DNA from: Clostridia bacterium
GTDB lineage: Bacteria > Bacillota > Clostridia > Christensenellales > UBA1242
Reading direction: 5' to 3'
Assembly: GCA_045655005.1 (NCBI GenBank)
Contig: JAZOOJ010000001.1
Location: 19,473 to 83,472, forward strand
Length of the DNA stretch: 64,000 nucleotides
The notes beneath the pieces are model-generated. The model did not search any database, had not been told where the DNA came from, and saw nothing but the letters and a program-made list of their open reading frames with translations. The position numbers and the translations under genes are program-made. Within the stretch, counting starts at the first letter, position 1. Each line of letters begins with the position of its first letter. Positions 17,346 through 27,245 of the stretch are shown piece by piece.

Positions 17346-20300
17346 ATGAATAAAGAACAGTTTATGCATTATGCTGGTCAACTTTACAGAGATTTAAGAA
17401 ATACAAAAATAGTATTTTTATCAGAAGACTCTAAACTTTTAGAAGCAATCAATGGTGGAGATATCCCAGCATTTGAAAACGGCGGAGAACTTCAAGTAAG
17501 GACTGAAAAAGTTGACTCAAGCACAGGAAAGAAAAGTGCGGTAATAAGACCGTACTTGATTTGCTATAACTCAATATTAAAGTGTAATGTTCTTTATGTA
17601 ATGACTGGAAGTCGAACAATTGAGCAGATTAAAAATAAAAGATATTATGACTCAGTTATAACACCAGAATGTCTTTATGATTATATCGACAGCGTGTTGA
17701 CAGATGGCAGACTTGATATGTCAACTCACACAAAGGCAAACTTGTCAACGGTGTCGCTTACTCGAGCAATACCAATTCCGAATGAAATTACCAAGAAACT
17801 TGAGGCTGAATCGATGGTTGATTGGGCTAATGGAGACTTCGATTCAAGGGACATTCCAATTTTGCGTGAATTTATGTCGCATTTTTACGGAAAGGTTGAC
17901 GAAAGTTTTATTACAAGGGCGACTAAGTCGGGCAGAGCACAAGAATGGTTCTTAGATAAAGAAGATTTTGTGTCGTGGCAAAAACTTTCAAGACCATCGG
18001 CAATTTACACAGCAATGTTTATAAATTTTGCATTAAGCGAGATTGAAAACCCAAAGGCTACCAACCCTTTAAAATTAAGACAATTAAAGAATATGGTTGA
18101 GGGTGCAACAACCGCCTATCTTGATTATTTAAGATTTATGAATGAAGTAGATGGTTATAAACGACTTCACTCAAAGGTCTATCGTGCATTTTTTGAAGCA
18201 AAATACAATATTGCCATAACATTTAGGTCTAACAAGTACGAAGATGCCTACCATGAAGTTATGAGCAGTTTAGAATGTCCTGACAGCGTGCGTGGAAAAG
18301 TAAGAGAGCTTTTAATTCGTGAAAGACAAATTGATAAAAATCTAAGTCTTGCGGTAAATGTTGCAATTTCTTATTTTAATGGTGAATCAAGGCGTGTAAA
18401 TATTTCAGAAGTGCAAATGAATGAAAGTTTATTTCACTCTTTCACAAAAATGGCTGGGGCTTTTTCAGACAGCAAATACAAAGCACTTGTTGAGTCTTGG
18501 AACAAGAAAATTAATGCAAGGTTTGACGAACAAATTGCACAACTTGAGGAAAGAATTCAAATTGCAAAACAAGAAAAAGAACGAGAAGAATATCGCCGAA
18601 GACGAGAAAAAGAAGAACAGCTAAGAAAGTCAACTACAATAACAGAAAGAGCAAAAAGAGCTGTGGAAAATGCATTGGATTTATATCATCAATTTTATAA
18701 GGTTCCATTTGCAAATCTTTTGTCGGGACAGTTGTATAATACCGAAACAAAGCATCAAATTTCGGATTTTGTAAAATTATTTACAACCTATGCTGACGGT
18801 TCTGGATTAAGTATGAAAAAAGTTTTAAGAGATATTGATGAAAGAGATGCACAAAATTATCTCTCAGACAGAATTTTAGCGATGTCAGAATTTACCTCAG
18901 TTATGGATTCGTCAAGAATTGCAATTGAAGAGAGTGATAAAGCCAGAAAGATGCAGGCTTATATAAAGAGCCGTTCAAATCGTATTGGTGGAGATGAAGG
19001 CGAGGCTGTTGAACGAGCAATAGAGTTAATGACTTTAATCCATGAAGAATATGAAAGAGCAAGGAAGTTAAAACACTCAAATAATGAAGACAATCCGGTT
19101 GCGAACATTATAAAAAAAGTTTTAAAAGATGAAACTCGCTATTCAATTGTAGACTTCTCATCGGGCTCAAGTGCAAAGGCTTATTTTGACGATATGCTTT
19201 TGGTTCATCAAGTGCAAGAGAATGTTGCAAATGTATCAGAAATCTTTTCAATGCGTGTTGAAGCTCTTTGGGCAATGCAAGACTTAAAAGTAGAGTTTGA
19301 GCAATTATTGGAAGCATATGAAATTTTACGTGGTAAGATTACAGGAGCGTTTGAAGAAGAGATTAAAGCGGGTTTGCAAAAGAAGTCTTTAGATGAATAT
19401 TTGTCTGTATGCGAAAAAGAAATCTTACAAATTTTACAAAATGGGAATATAGATTTAGACGCTACAATTGATGAGATAAGAGCATATAAAAAACGTCAAT
19501 CTGCAATGATTGAAAAAGAGATTGAGGCAGTTGAATCTTTCGTTATAGTTTGTGCAAAGTCGGTTATGGAATATGGCGAGTATTTAAAGAGATGGGAAGA
19601 GTCAAATTCTGGCATATCAAGAATGATTTTAACAGAGAAAAGGAATTTGGGATTTGCTCCAGAAGAAGGTGTCTCAGAAGGTCACTTTGTTGGCAAAATT
19701 CATAGAGTTATTGTTGATACTGAAACTGGTGAAAAAAGTGAAGAGAGCGAAAGTGAAGAACACGCAATAACAGACCTGCATGTAATTGAAGAGATATTCA
19801 GTAGAACTATTCCAAACCCTGTAGAGATTGAATCTAAGGTTAAAGATAGAATGAAGGGCTTGACAAATATATTTGAATTAATTGATGAATTGTCGTCACT
19901 TGAAAGGAATGCAAAAGCGTGGACTACAAACTTAAACGAAAGTTATGATGCCGTAAGGAATTTATATATTTCAATGCTTGAATATCGCAAGAAGATAAAA
20001 GAGTCAGGAGAAAGATTTTTAGCGAGTCAAAGATGTTTTGTTGAAGAATTTAAGCCAATGTCAAGTTTTGATGGACATCAATTAATTCAACAAGAGAACA
20101 TTCCTGCTATGAAAGAGGCAATGTCAAGGGCTTTTGGTGAATACGAAGAAACAATCATTTCTTATTTTGAAGAATATTTGCCGAGTATGTTCATTGCGTG
20201 TATTATTGATTATTTTAATGCAATTGATACCAGAACAGACATCGCTCAACCTGCTTACGATTATGTTAACATCAATCGTATTACTGGGAAACAGGTGCTA

Positions 20301-21008
20301 TACACAATAGACGCTAAAAAACAAATCAATGTTTTAGATGCAATAAACGGATATTACAGAAATAGTATAATCATTGAAGATGCAATACAAAATGCTTACC
20401 TAAGAGATATTGTGTCAATGCAAGAGTTTAGGGAAATTAATCACGCAGTATTGCCAATCTTAGAATATGAGTTTATGTTCCAAGCGTTAAAGATTATGTC
20501 AGAAGTGTTATTTGCAACAACGGTTGATGATGCATTGGTGACAAAACTTCAAAGAGATGATGTGTTGGATATTACAAGGATGTTATGTGGTCAAAGTGAA
20601 AGTGGATACACCTATTCAGATAGTTTATATGAATACTTAATTAAAAAACTACCAGAGTTTGATGAATATGTGCAAGTACGATTTACAAAGTTTATGGCAA
20701 ACTCGGCAATTGCGCAAGCGGGTTTTTCATTAACCAATCAATCAATGACAAAACTTTTACGCTTGGGGCAAGAAGCGTCTGAGGTCTATGACGGGTGTAA
20801 TGACAGAAATTGTGCTATAAGAGCATTTAAGTGGTATCATACTTGGCTTTCAAGATTACATAAACTTGATAGAGTAAGAGAAGAAAGAGATAAAGAGGTT
20901 ATTTTACAATTAGGAGACATTCAAAGAGATGTGGCAAGAGAAAAAAGAATTCTTTCAGGGGATACAACTCCTTTTGGTATATTCATCGAAATAACCGACG
21001 AAAATTAA
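17346..21008 (+). CDS. Giant hypothetical protein, long form B (1221 aa), paralog of 13291..17184
   Basis: Start moved to ATG 17346 (ggggga RBS, same geometry as gene 1). Its N-terminus aligns with gene 1 (IRPYLICYN..VLYVMTGS versus VRPYLVCYN..VLYPMTAS). Confidence 0.85.
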   Translation: MNKEQFMHYAGQLYRDLRNTKIVFLSEDSKLLEAINGGDIPAFENGGELQVRTEKVDSSTGKKSAVIRPYLICYNSILKCNVLYVMTGSRTIEQIKNKRYYDSVITPECLYDYIDSVLTDGRLDMSTHTKANLSTVSLTRAIPIPNEITKKLEAESMVDWANGDFDSRDIPILREFMSHFYGKVDESFITRATKSGRAQEWFLDKEDFVSWQKLSRPSAIYTAMFINFALSEIENPKATNPLKLRQLKNMVEGATTAYLDYLRFMNEVDGYKRLHSKVYRAFFEAKYNIAITFRSNKYEDAYHEVMSSLECPDSVRGKVRELLIRERQIDKNLSLAVNVAISYFNGESRRVNISEVQMNESLFHSFTKMAGAFSDSKYKALVESWNKKINARFDEQIAQLEERIQIAKQEKEREEYRRRREKEEQLRKSTTITERAKRAVENALDLYHQFYKVPFANLLSGQLYNTETKHQISDFVKLFTTYADGSGLSMKKVLRDIDERDAQNYLSDRILAMSEFTSVMDSSRIAIEESDKARKMQAYIKSRSNRIGGDEGEAVERAIELMTLIHEEYERARKLKHSNNEDNPVANIIKKVLKDETRYSIVDFSSGSSAKAYFDDMLLVHQVQENVANVSEIFSMRVEALWAMQDLKVEFEQLLEAYEILRGKITGAFEEEIKAGLQKKSLDEYLSVCEKEILQILQNGNIDLDATIDEIRAYKKRQSAMIEKEIEAVESFVIVCAKSVMEYGEYLKRWEESNSGISRMILTEKRNLGFAPEEGVSEGHFVGKIHRVIVDTETGEKSEESESEEHAITDLHVIEEIFSRTIPNPVEIESKVKDRMKGLTNIFELIDELSSLERNAKAWTTNLNESYDAVRNLYISMLEYRKKIKESGERFLASQRCFVEEFKPMSSFDGHQLIQQENIPAMKEAMSRAFGEYEETIISYFEEYLPSMFIACIIDYFNAIDTRTDIAQPAYDYVNINRITGKQVLYTIDAKKQINVLDAINGYYRNSIIIEDAIQNAYLRDIVSMQEFREINHAVLPILEYEFMFQALKIMSEVLFATTVDDALVTKLQRDDVLDITRMLCGQSESGYTYSDSLYEYLIKKLPEFDEYVQVRFTKFMANSAIAQAGFSLTNQSMTKLLRLGQEASEVYDGCNDRNCAIRAFKWYHTWLSRLHKLDRVREERDKEVILQLGDIQRDVAREKRILSGDTTPFGIFIEITDEN

Positions 21009-21034
21009 AATAAAAACAAAAGAGAATAAGATAT

Positions 21035-23356
21035 ATGGGAAATCAAGAAAATTTTAAAGAACATATTAAAAATGCGATAAGGCTTTATAACAGCGGTGGA
21101 CTATCACAGGTTTTTGCAAAAGTTGTAAACGGTGAATTAATATCTAATGGTAAAAATCAAAAGGCAGAAGAATTTTTAAATGCTTTTAAGCGTCGTACGA
21201 CAAGTGCTATTGAAAACTCGGGCGAATATACTTTTACCAATGAAGAAAGTAGTGAAAATATGACAATAAGTTATTCACTAACAGAAAGCGAGAATGTACT
21301 AATTTCTAGACTTAAAGAAATGTCTATAAATATACCAACTATTGAAAGTTTGGTTAGTACACTTTCTGAAAGTGAACTTGTAAAACAAGCGCAAGGATTT
21401 TTGTATGGTGGTACACCAATTGATGGTCAAAACAAAGAAGTCATTGAACAAAGTTTAAATATGCTTGCGTTAATTCATTCTGAGTATACAAAGTCTGCTG
21501 GTAAAAAGAAGTCACCAACCAGTGAAAGTGCCGTCCTTGAATCAATCATTAAAAAGGTTTTAAGACAAAGCGAAGATTTTAGTGCTATTGATTTTTCAAA
21601 GGATAGCCCACTAATACAATATTTAGATGAAATGGTAGCAGTTGCAAAAAGTCAAAGTGAGTTGGGTAAACACAAAGAAATGTTTGAATTTAGATGTGGT
21701 GCGGTTGATGTACTAAATGGATTAAGACAAGGCTTCGCTCAATATATCTTTGACAGAGAAAATATTGTTCATACAATCAACAGCAGAGATAATATTTTAT
21801 TTAAGGTTGACGAAGACCCATCAAAAACATTGGCTGAGATGATGGCAGATTGTGCTGATGCTGTTTTAGATTTGACTAAGAAAAATGGTGTCACAGTTAA
21901 AGATTTATTGACTCATCAAAGAAAACAAATTGCAGAAATGGAAAGTGCAAGAAGCAGTTTGCTTGCTGTTGATAATGGTATTGTAAGACTTCAAAACGCA
22001 AGAGATTCATACACAGAAAGGTATAATGGATTTTTAGAATTACTTCCACAAAGACTTAATGAAATCAGTGAAGCAAAAGGTCTTTCAAGTGTAGGTGGGC
22101 TTGTCGGCAGAGAAATTGAAGGGAATGCTTGTGATAAAATTCAAAATCCAGAAAGTGGTGAATGGGAAGTTGTTGGAAAGTCCGAAGAAGAAAAAATAAT
22201 AACCGATGAAGATGTTATAAGTACTTTATATAACAGGGTTGTTTTGCACGAAAGCACAATAATGTCTGGATATTTAAACAAACTTATCGGGTCAGAAGAT
22301 TCATCAGAAATTGAAAGAATTATTTCAGAATATGAGCAAAAATTTAAAGTTGCTGGAAGCCAACTTGAAGGAGATTTCTTAAAAGTTCTTCAAGTTTATT
22401 CGGACTTGCTCGACTATAAGATGCGAATAGTTAGAACTCCTTATGAAAGCAAAAGAGTGGTTGCAAGATATCTATCTGATTTTAATCCAATAATAAAGAA
22501 AACAGGAACGCCATATTTTGAGGGTGAACAACTTGAAAAAATTCGCACCGTTGGAAGAAAGGCGTGTATGGAAGCTCTTGACAGTCAAAAGAGATATTTC
22601 AACCATTTGCTTATCCCATTTTCACTTGGAATAATGGATTATATCGATGAAATGCCAGTAAGAGAAGTTGGTCAGCCAGTAGATGGATTAATTTCCGCTG
22701 AAGGTATTATGAAAGCAACAAAAACCTTTGATTTGCAATCACACGAAAAGTCAATTCACGATATATTAAAAGACAGTGATTTTGTAATTTCTTATTTACA
22801 AGCACCAAAGACAGCACAAAAAGACTTAATGGAAGTTTTATCTGACGAAAGAATTGAAACAAAGTTAAATGGTGTTGTTCCAATGCTTGCATTTGAGGTT
22901 GGTTATAGAGTTCTTGAAAATTGGTTGCAGTTAACTTATGGAATTGGAAAGAGTGATAAGACAAGTAAAAACCTAAGTGCGTATGACAAATTTATTAAAT
23001 TAGATACAATTTGTGGAAAGGCGTTCTATCAATCTGATGCATTTTATTATCATCTTGCAAGCACAATGCCAAGGGTAGAGTTGTATAAAAAGCAAGAACA
23101 AGCAAGACTTCGTGAGCAATCATTTAGAAGAATGGGTGAAAGAGCATTGAAAGATAAACGAATTACAGACTTGCTTGATGCCTTTGATGCTTACTATATC
23201 GGTTGGCTACACAATTTGCACGTTATGGAGCAAGACCGCATTGAAAAAGGTGAAGAACTTGCAGTTGCCAACAGAGATGTCGAAAGAGAAAATCGTACAA
23301 TTGCAAGAGGCGAAACACATTTACGCAGGTTTATAGGCACCGACGAAGCAGAATAG
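21035..23356 (+). CDS. Large hypothetical protein, short form C (773 aa), homologous to the C-module of the long forms
   Basis: Lies 26 nt after the preceding stop, so it looks operonic. Shared anchors include MLALIHSEYTKS, FSAIDFSKDS, IITDEDVISTLY, SDFNP and GWLHNLH. Confidence 0.85.
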   Translation: MGNQENFKEHIKNAIRLYNSGGLSQVFAKVVNGELISNGKNQKAEEFLNAFKRRTTSAIENSGEYTFTNEESSENMTISYSLTESENVLISRLKEMSINIPTIESLVSTLSESELVKQAQGFLYGGTPIDGQNKEVIEQSLNMLALIHSEYTKSAGKKKSPTSESAVLESIIKKVLRQSEDFSAIDFSKDSPLIQYLDEMVAVAKSQSELGKHKEMFEFRCGAVDVLNGLRQGFAQYIFDRENIVHTINSRDNILFKVDEDPSKTLAEMMADCADAVLDLTKKNGVTVKDLLTHQRKQIAEMESARSSLLAVDNGIVRLQNARDSYTERYNGFLELLPQRLNEISEAKGLSSVGGLVGREIEGNACDKIQNPESGEWEVVGKSEEEKIITDEDVISTLYNRVVLHESTIMSGYLNKLIGSEDSSEIERIISEYEQKFKVAGSQLEGDFLKVLQVYSDLLDYKMRIVRTPYESKRVVARYLSDFNPIIKKTGTPYFEGEQLEKIRTVGRKACMEALDSQKRYFNHLLIPFSLGIMDYIDEMPVREVGQPVDGLISAEGIMKATKTFDLQSHEKSIHDILKDSDFVISYLQAPKTAQKDLMEVLSDERIETKLNGVVPMLAFEVGYRVLENWLQLTYGIGKSDKTSKNLSAYDKFIKLDTICGKAFYQSDAFYYHLASTMPRVELYKKQEQARLREQSFRRMGERALKDKRITDLLDAFDAYYIGWLHNLHVMEQDRIEKGEELAVANRDVERENRTIARGETHLRRFIGTDEAE

Positions 23357-23396
23357 ATTTTGGAAATATAAAATTGTAAAAATAATAGGGGAAATA

Positions 23397-25712
23397 ATGG
23401 CAAAACAAGATATAAAACAAGATGTGACAAATCAAATAAAAAAAGTGATTAAAGAAGCCTTAGGATTTTATAATGGCTTTTATGGAGAGATTGTTCATAA
23501 GATGAGAAATGGACAATTTTACACAAGTCTTGCAAGTGCAGATGATGTTAACAAGTTGTGCAACAGAATTGAACTTTACCACGGAGATGGTTTGGTTAAA
23601 AGTTATATGTCAGAAGGCGAAGTCGCAATTTACAATAAATTACAATTATTGGCAAGTGGCGGTTTTGATAAATCCTTAGTTGACGCTTATTCAGGGATTG
23701 GCAACAATGGTGCAAGCATACAACTTGAAAGAGCATTTTGTAATGGTTCTTTTAATGACTTTGAACTGCAATCTGGTGTAGAACTTTTAAAACTTATTGA
23801 CAACGAATTTTCAAGACAAGCCAAGTCTTTAAAATCTGGTGCGGTTACATCATCTGAAGTCGTTGGAACAATCATCGGCAAGGCATTAAAATCTCCAAGT
23901 CTTTATGTGAATGCAGATATGAACAAGTTGTTGCCATATCTACAAAGTTCTCTAACCGCAAGTGAGTGTAATCAATATATTTTTCAAATAAAAGATATTG
24001 TTGATAGGTATGAACTTGCTAAGACCTCAATGGCAGAAGTGTCTACTGAAAGCGACTTGGTGCAAGTTGAATTTTATTCATACGAACTTGAAATTGATAG
24101 AGATTTTAAAGAATATTTTCATAAGCACTTACCAAAAGATAAAATGGAAAAACTTGTAAAAGATTATGACAACTTTATTTTACAAGTCGTAACAAATAAC
24201 ATTAAAACAATCCCAGAAAGCCTAAAAGGCATTAGAATATCGGATAGGATTGTAACAGATGATTTGGTTGGAAGAAAAGGCTTGTCGCACGACGAAATAA
24301 TGCAAATTATAAAATCTACAAAGGCTGAAATTGTAAAAAGATGTAAGGCTGAAGTCGAGTTGATGGACAGTGTGGCAAAGAAACTTAAAAGAGTGATGGA
24401 GATGGTGTCAGACTATCGAATTAAAGATAGAGAGTCGCAATCTGTGATAGACCAAATTGTTGAATCCAGAAACAACAACGGACAGAACTTCTTTCGTGGC
24501 AGAATTGATGCGAATGTCAAGACCCTTCATCTTGATGACCTAAGCGGAGAAACAACTGAAGTTGAAGGCGAAAAAGAAATTAAAATGACCGACAACGACT
24601 TGATGAATATAATTAGGCACAAATTAATCAAACATTCAAGTGCAATGTTGTTTGTAATGAAAGAGCAAATGAAAGAAAGTACATCAATGAGTGAATTTGC
24701 ACAAGCAGTTGATATGGGCTACAATACTATTGAACTTTGGTTGGCAGAATTTGACGGGGATATTAAAAAGATAACCGATTTTTATGATACAATACTAGCA
24801 ACCGATTCTGCGATTAGTAACCTTGGTGTTGAGTTAAGAAATGCACTTTATGGTTTTATGGATAATTTTAATCCAAGAGGCAAAAAAAGTAGAATGGCAT
24901 ATCTTAGTGAAGAAGACTTAGCATCTTTGCGTGAATATGGAAAGAGGTCAATAGATTTTGAGATTAAAATAAGAGATGCTTATTACAAAGAAGCGTCAAG
25001 AATGTTTATGTGTGCTGTATTAAATTATTTTAATCAGTTGAAAATTGATGATATTTATTTTACACAAATTGAAGACCATTTTAATTTAAAGAAAATTTCT
25101 CAGGGAGTAACTATTTGTGACCTTTTGGATAAAGATGTTGAGTTACATCCTATGACGATATTTGAACAAGTAAATAAAACAATCAAAGCATTAAAAGACC
25201 CAAAGAATGCAAGATTAGATATATCAACCATTCTATCAAATGAGGACATAGTAAGGGGTATTCAATCAATTCTTCCTTTCTTAAATTATGAACTTTCTTA
25301 TGGTACTTTAAATAATATGATACAATCAGAGACGGCAATAAAAGAAAAAGACTTAGATTCTGCTAGGCAGATGGCTTTGTTTATTTCGGACTCAATGGAA
25401 AGTATGGAAGTTTCAAACGTTATTAACGCAGATTTAAATGGTTTATTTACAACAAGTGCTTTCTTTGAATATTTAGAGCAAAGGCTTGCAATGTATTATA
25501 GAACATTAACAAAAATAAAAAATGAACAGACAAGAAAACAAAAAATAGGACTTTATGTAGACCAATCTCTCTTTGAAATGATTTCAGATGCAGAAAGAAT
25601 GTATAACGAATGGGCAGAGCACCTAAAAAATTATCTAGAGAAGAAAGATAGTTTAGATGAGAATGAAGCGTCAATCGATGAATTACTAAAAGCACAAGAC
25701 GAACAAGAGTAA
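23397..25712 (+). CDS. Large hypothetical protein, short form D (771 aa), homologous to the C-module of the long forms
   Basis: aggggaa RBS, 40 nt after the preceding stop. Shared anchors include LLKLIDNEFSRQ, KMTDNDLMNIIR, DNFNP and EWAEHLK. Confidence 0.85.
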   Translation: MAKQDIKQDVTNQIKKVIKEALGFYNGFYGEIVHKMRNGQFYTSLASADDVNKLCNRIELYHGDGLVKSYMSEGEVAIYNKLQLLASGGFDKSLVDAYSGIGNNGASIQLERAFCNGSFNDFELQSGVELLKLIDNEFSRQAKSLKSGAVTSSEVVGTIIGKALKSPSLYVNADMNKLLPYLQSSLTASECNQYIFQIKDIVDRYELAKTSMAEVSTESDLVQVEFYSYELEIDRDFKEYFHKHLPKDKMEKLVKDYDNFILQVVTNNIKTIPESLKGIRISDRIVTDDLVGRKGLSHDEIMQIIKSTKAEIVKRCKAEVELMDSVAKKLKRVMEMVSDYRIKDRESQSVIDQIVESRNNNGQNFFRGRIDANVKTLHLDDLSGETTEVEGEKEIKMTDNDLMNIIRHKLIKHSSAMLFVMKEQMKESTSMSEFAQAVDMGYNTIELWLAEFDGDIKKITDFYDTILATDSAISNLGVELRNALYGFMDNFNPRGKKSRMAYLSEEDLASLREYGKRSIDFEIKIRDAYYKEASRMFMCAVLNYFNQLKIDDIYFTQIEDHFNLKKISQGVTICDLLDKDVELHPMTIFEQVNKTIKALKDPKNARLDISTILSNEDIVRGIQSILPFLNYELSYGTLNNMIQSETAIKEKDLDSARQMALFISDSMESMEVSNVINADLNGLFTTSAFFEYLEQRLAMYYRTLTKIKNEQTRKQKIGLYVDQSLFEMISDAERMYNEWAEHLKNYLEKKDSLDENEASIDELLKAQDEQE

Positions 25713-25726
25713 CGATAATAACAAAT

Positions 25727-25762
25727 AAAAAAACCAACTCTAACTTTAGGGCTGGTTTTTTT
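25727..25762 (+). terminator. Intrinsic terminator ending the giant-gene operon
   Basis: aaaaaaaccaactct...agggctggttttttt imperfect stem with a T-tract. Confidence 0.6.
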
Positions 25763-25837
25763 AATGATAAAATAATGAATGGCAAAAAATACAATTTTGT
25801 ATTGAACTTGGATTTGTAGTTGTGCTATAATAAAAAT

Positions 25838-27187
25838 ATGGAAGAAATGAATTTATTTAACATTAATCAATCTAATGCATTTAAACCGTTGGCTGAGCGA
25901 ATGCGACCAAGGACACTCGAAGAATTTTGCGGGCAAGACCATATTTTGGGCAAGGGTAAGTTATTGTATCGTTTGGTGGCAAGTGGTGCGGTGTCAAGTT
26001 GTATATTCTTTGGACCGCCGGGGACGGGGAAAACTACGCTTGCTAATATTATTGCAAATGGAAAGAATGCAAACTTTGTAAAACTTAATGCGGTGTCAAG
26101 TGGTGTTGCTGATGCAAAGGCTGTAATTGAACAAGCAAAAAAAGACCAAGAAATGTATGGTAAAAGGACCTACTTATTATTAGACGAATGTCACAGATGG
26201 AGCAAGGCTCAAAGTGACTGTGTGCTTGGGGCAATAGAACAAGGTTATATAACTTTTATTGGAAGCACAACTGAAAATCCTTTTTACAGTATGACAAGAG
26301 CTATTGTGTCAAGATGTAGGGTTTTTGAGTTTAAGCCACTTAAATCTGAGCATATAAAGAAAGCAATCGAAAAGGCTTTAAAAGATGAAGAAAATGGGCT
26401 TGGGAATTATAAAATTGTAATGGCAGACGGTGCGGTTGATTCGTTGGTTGTGGCGTCTGGTGGGGATTTGAGGTTTGCACTCAACTCTCTTGAACTGGCT
26501 GTAAAAAGTACCGATGGGAATGAAGTGGGCGAGGTAACCATAACTCCGGAGATTATTACCGAATGCACAGGTGGAAAACTTCTAAGTGTTGACGAGGATA
26601 TTTATTATGATATGCTCTCGGCTTTTGGGAAGTCGTTGCGAGGTTCTGACCCAGATGGTGCGGTCTATTGGGCTTTTCGAATGATAGAGTCTGGTATTGA
26701 CCCTCAGGTTATTATTAGACGACTTATTGCTCATACTTCTGAAGATGTTGGACTTGCAAATTCAAATGCTCTTGTTGTGGCGGTGTCTGCCTTGACGGCG
26801 TACCAAAATTTAGGAAGTCCAGAGGGATTAATTCCAATGACTCACGCAATTATAAATACGGCAACAAGCCCAAAAAGTAATGCAGTTGTAGTTGCAAGAG
26901 ATAGTGCAATAGAGGCCGTAAAAACCAGTCTTTTAGATGCTGTGCCAGACCACTTGAAAAACTATAATTTTTTAAATGAAAAGCGTGCAAAGTATAAATA
27001 TCCGCATGATTTTGGTGGGTATGTTTCTCAACAATATCTTCCAGACAGTATAAAGGATAAGAAATTCTATCAACCAACCGAAAATGGAAATGAAAAGAAA
27101 ATAAAAGAGTTTATGAGTGTGGTAAATGAGTTAGGGCAAGCAGAAAAAAGTAAAGCAAAGAAATCAACTTTCAATCATGGAAATTAA
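25838..27187 (+). CDS. rarA: Replication-associated recombination protein A (AAA+ ATPase RarA/MgsA)
   Basis: PLAERMRPRTLEEFCGQ, Walker A GPPGTGKTTLA and Walker B LLDECHRWSK. The start is uncertain (ATG 25838 or 25847). The track start at 25820 overlaps a TGcTATAAT -10 element. Confidence 0.88.
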   Translation: MEEMNLFNINQSNAFKPLAERMRPRTLEEFCGQDHILGKGKLLYRLVASGAVSSCIFFGPPGTGKTTLANIIANGKNANFVKLNAVSSGVADAKAVIEQAKKDQEMYGKRTYLLLDECHRWSKAQSDCVLGAIEQGYITFIGSTTENPFYSMTRAIVSRCRVFEFKPLKSEHIKKAIEKALKDEENGLGNYKIVMADGAVDSLVVASGGDLRFALNSLELAVKSTDGNEVGEVTITPEIITECTGGKLLSVDEDIYYDMLSAFGKSLRGSDPDGAVYWAFRMIESGIDPQVIIRRLIAHTSEDVGLANSNALVVAVSALTAYQNLGSPEGLIPMTHAIINTATSPKSNAVVVARDSAIEAVKTSLLDAVPDHLKNYNFLNEKRAKYKYPHDFGGYVSQQYLPDSIKDKKFYQPTENGNEKKIKEFMSVVNELGQAEKSKAKKSTFNHGN

Positions 27188-27210
27188 GAAAGGGTGGGGA
27201 TAGAAAAAAG

Positions 27211-27245
27211 AAAAACCTCTCAGCACAAAGCTGAGAGGCTTTTTT
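27211..27245. terminator. Bidirectional intrinsic terminator
   Basis: aaaaacctctcagc-acaaa-gctgagaggcttttt between convergent genes. Confidence 0.85.

Noticed and set aside
13196-25762. The giant-gene cluster considered as a prophage, ICE or transposon insertion.
   Set aside because: There is no integrase, transposase, terminal inverted or direct repeat, phage structural gene or tRNA attachment site at its borders. The composition looks like the surrounding genome. It is therefore reported as a chromosomal paralog expansion.
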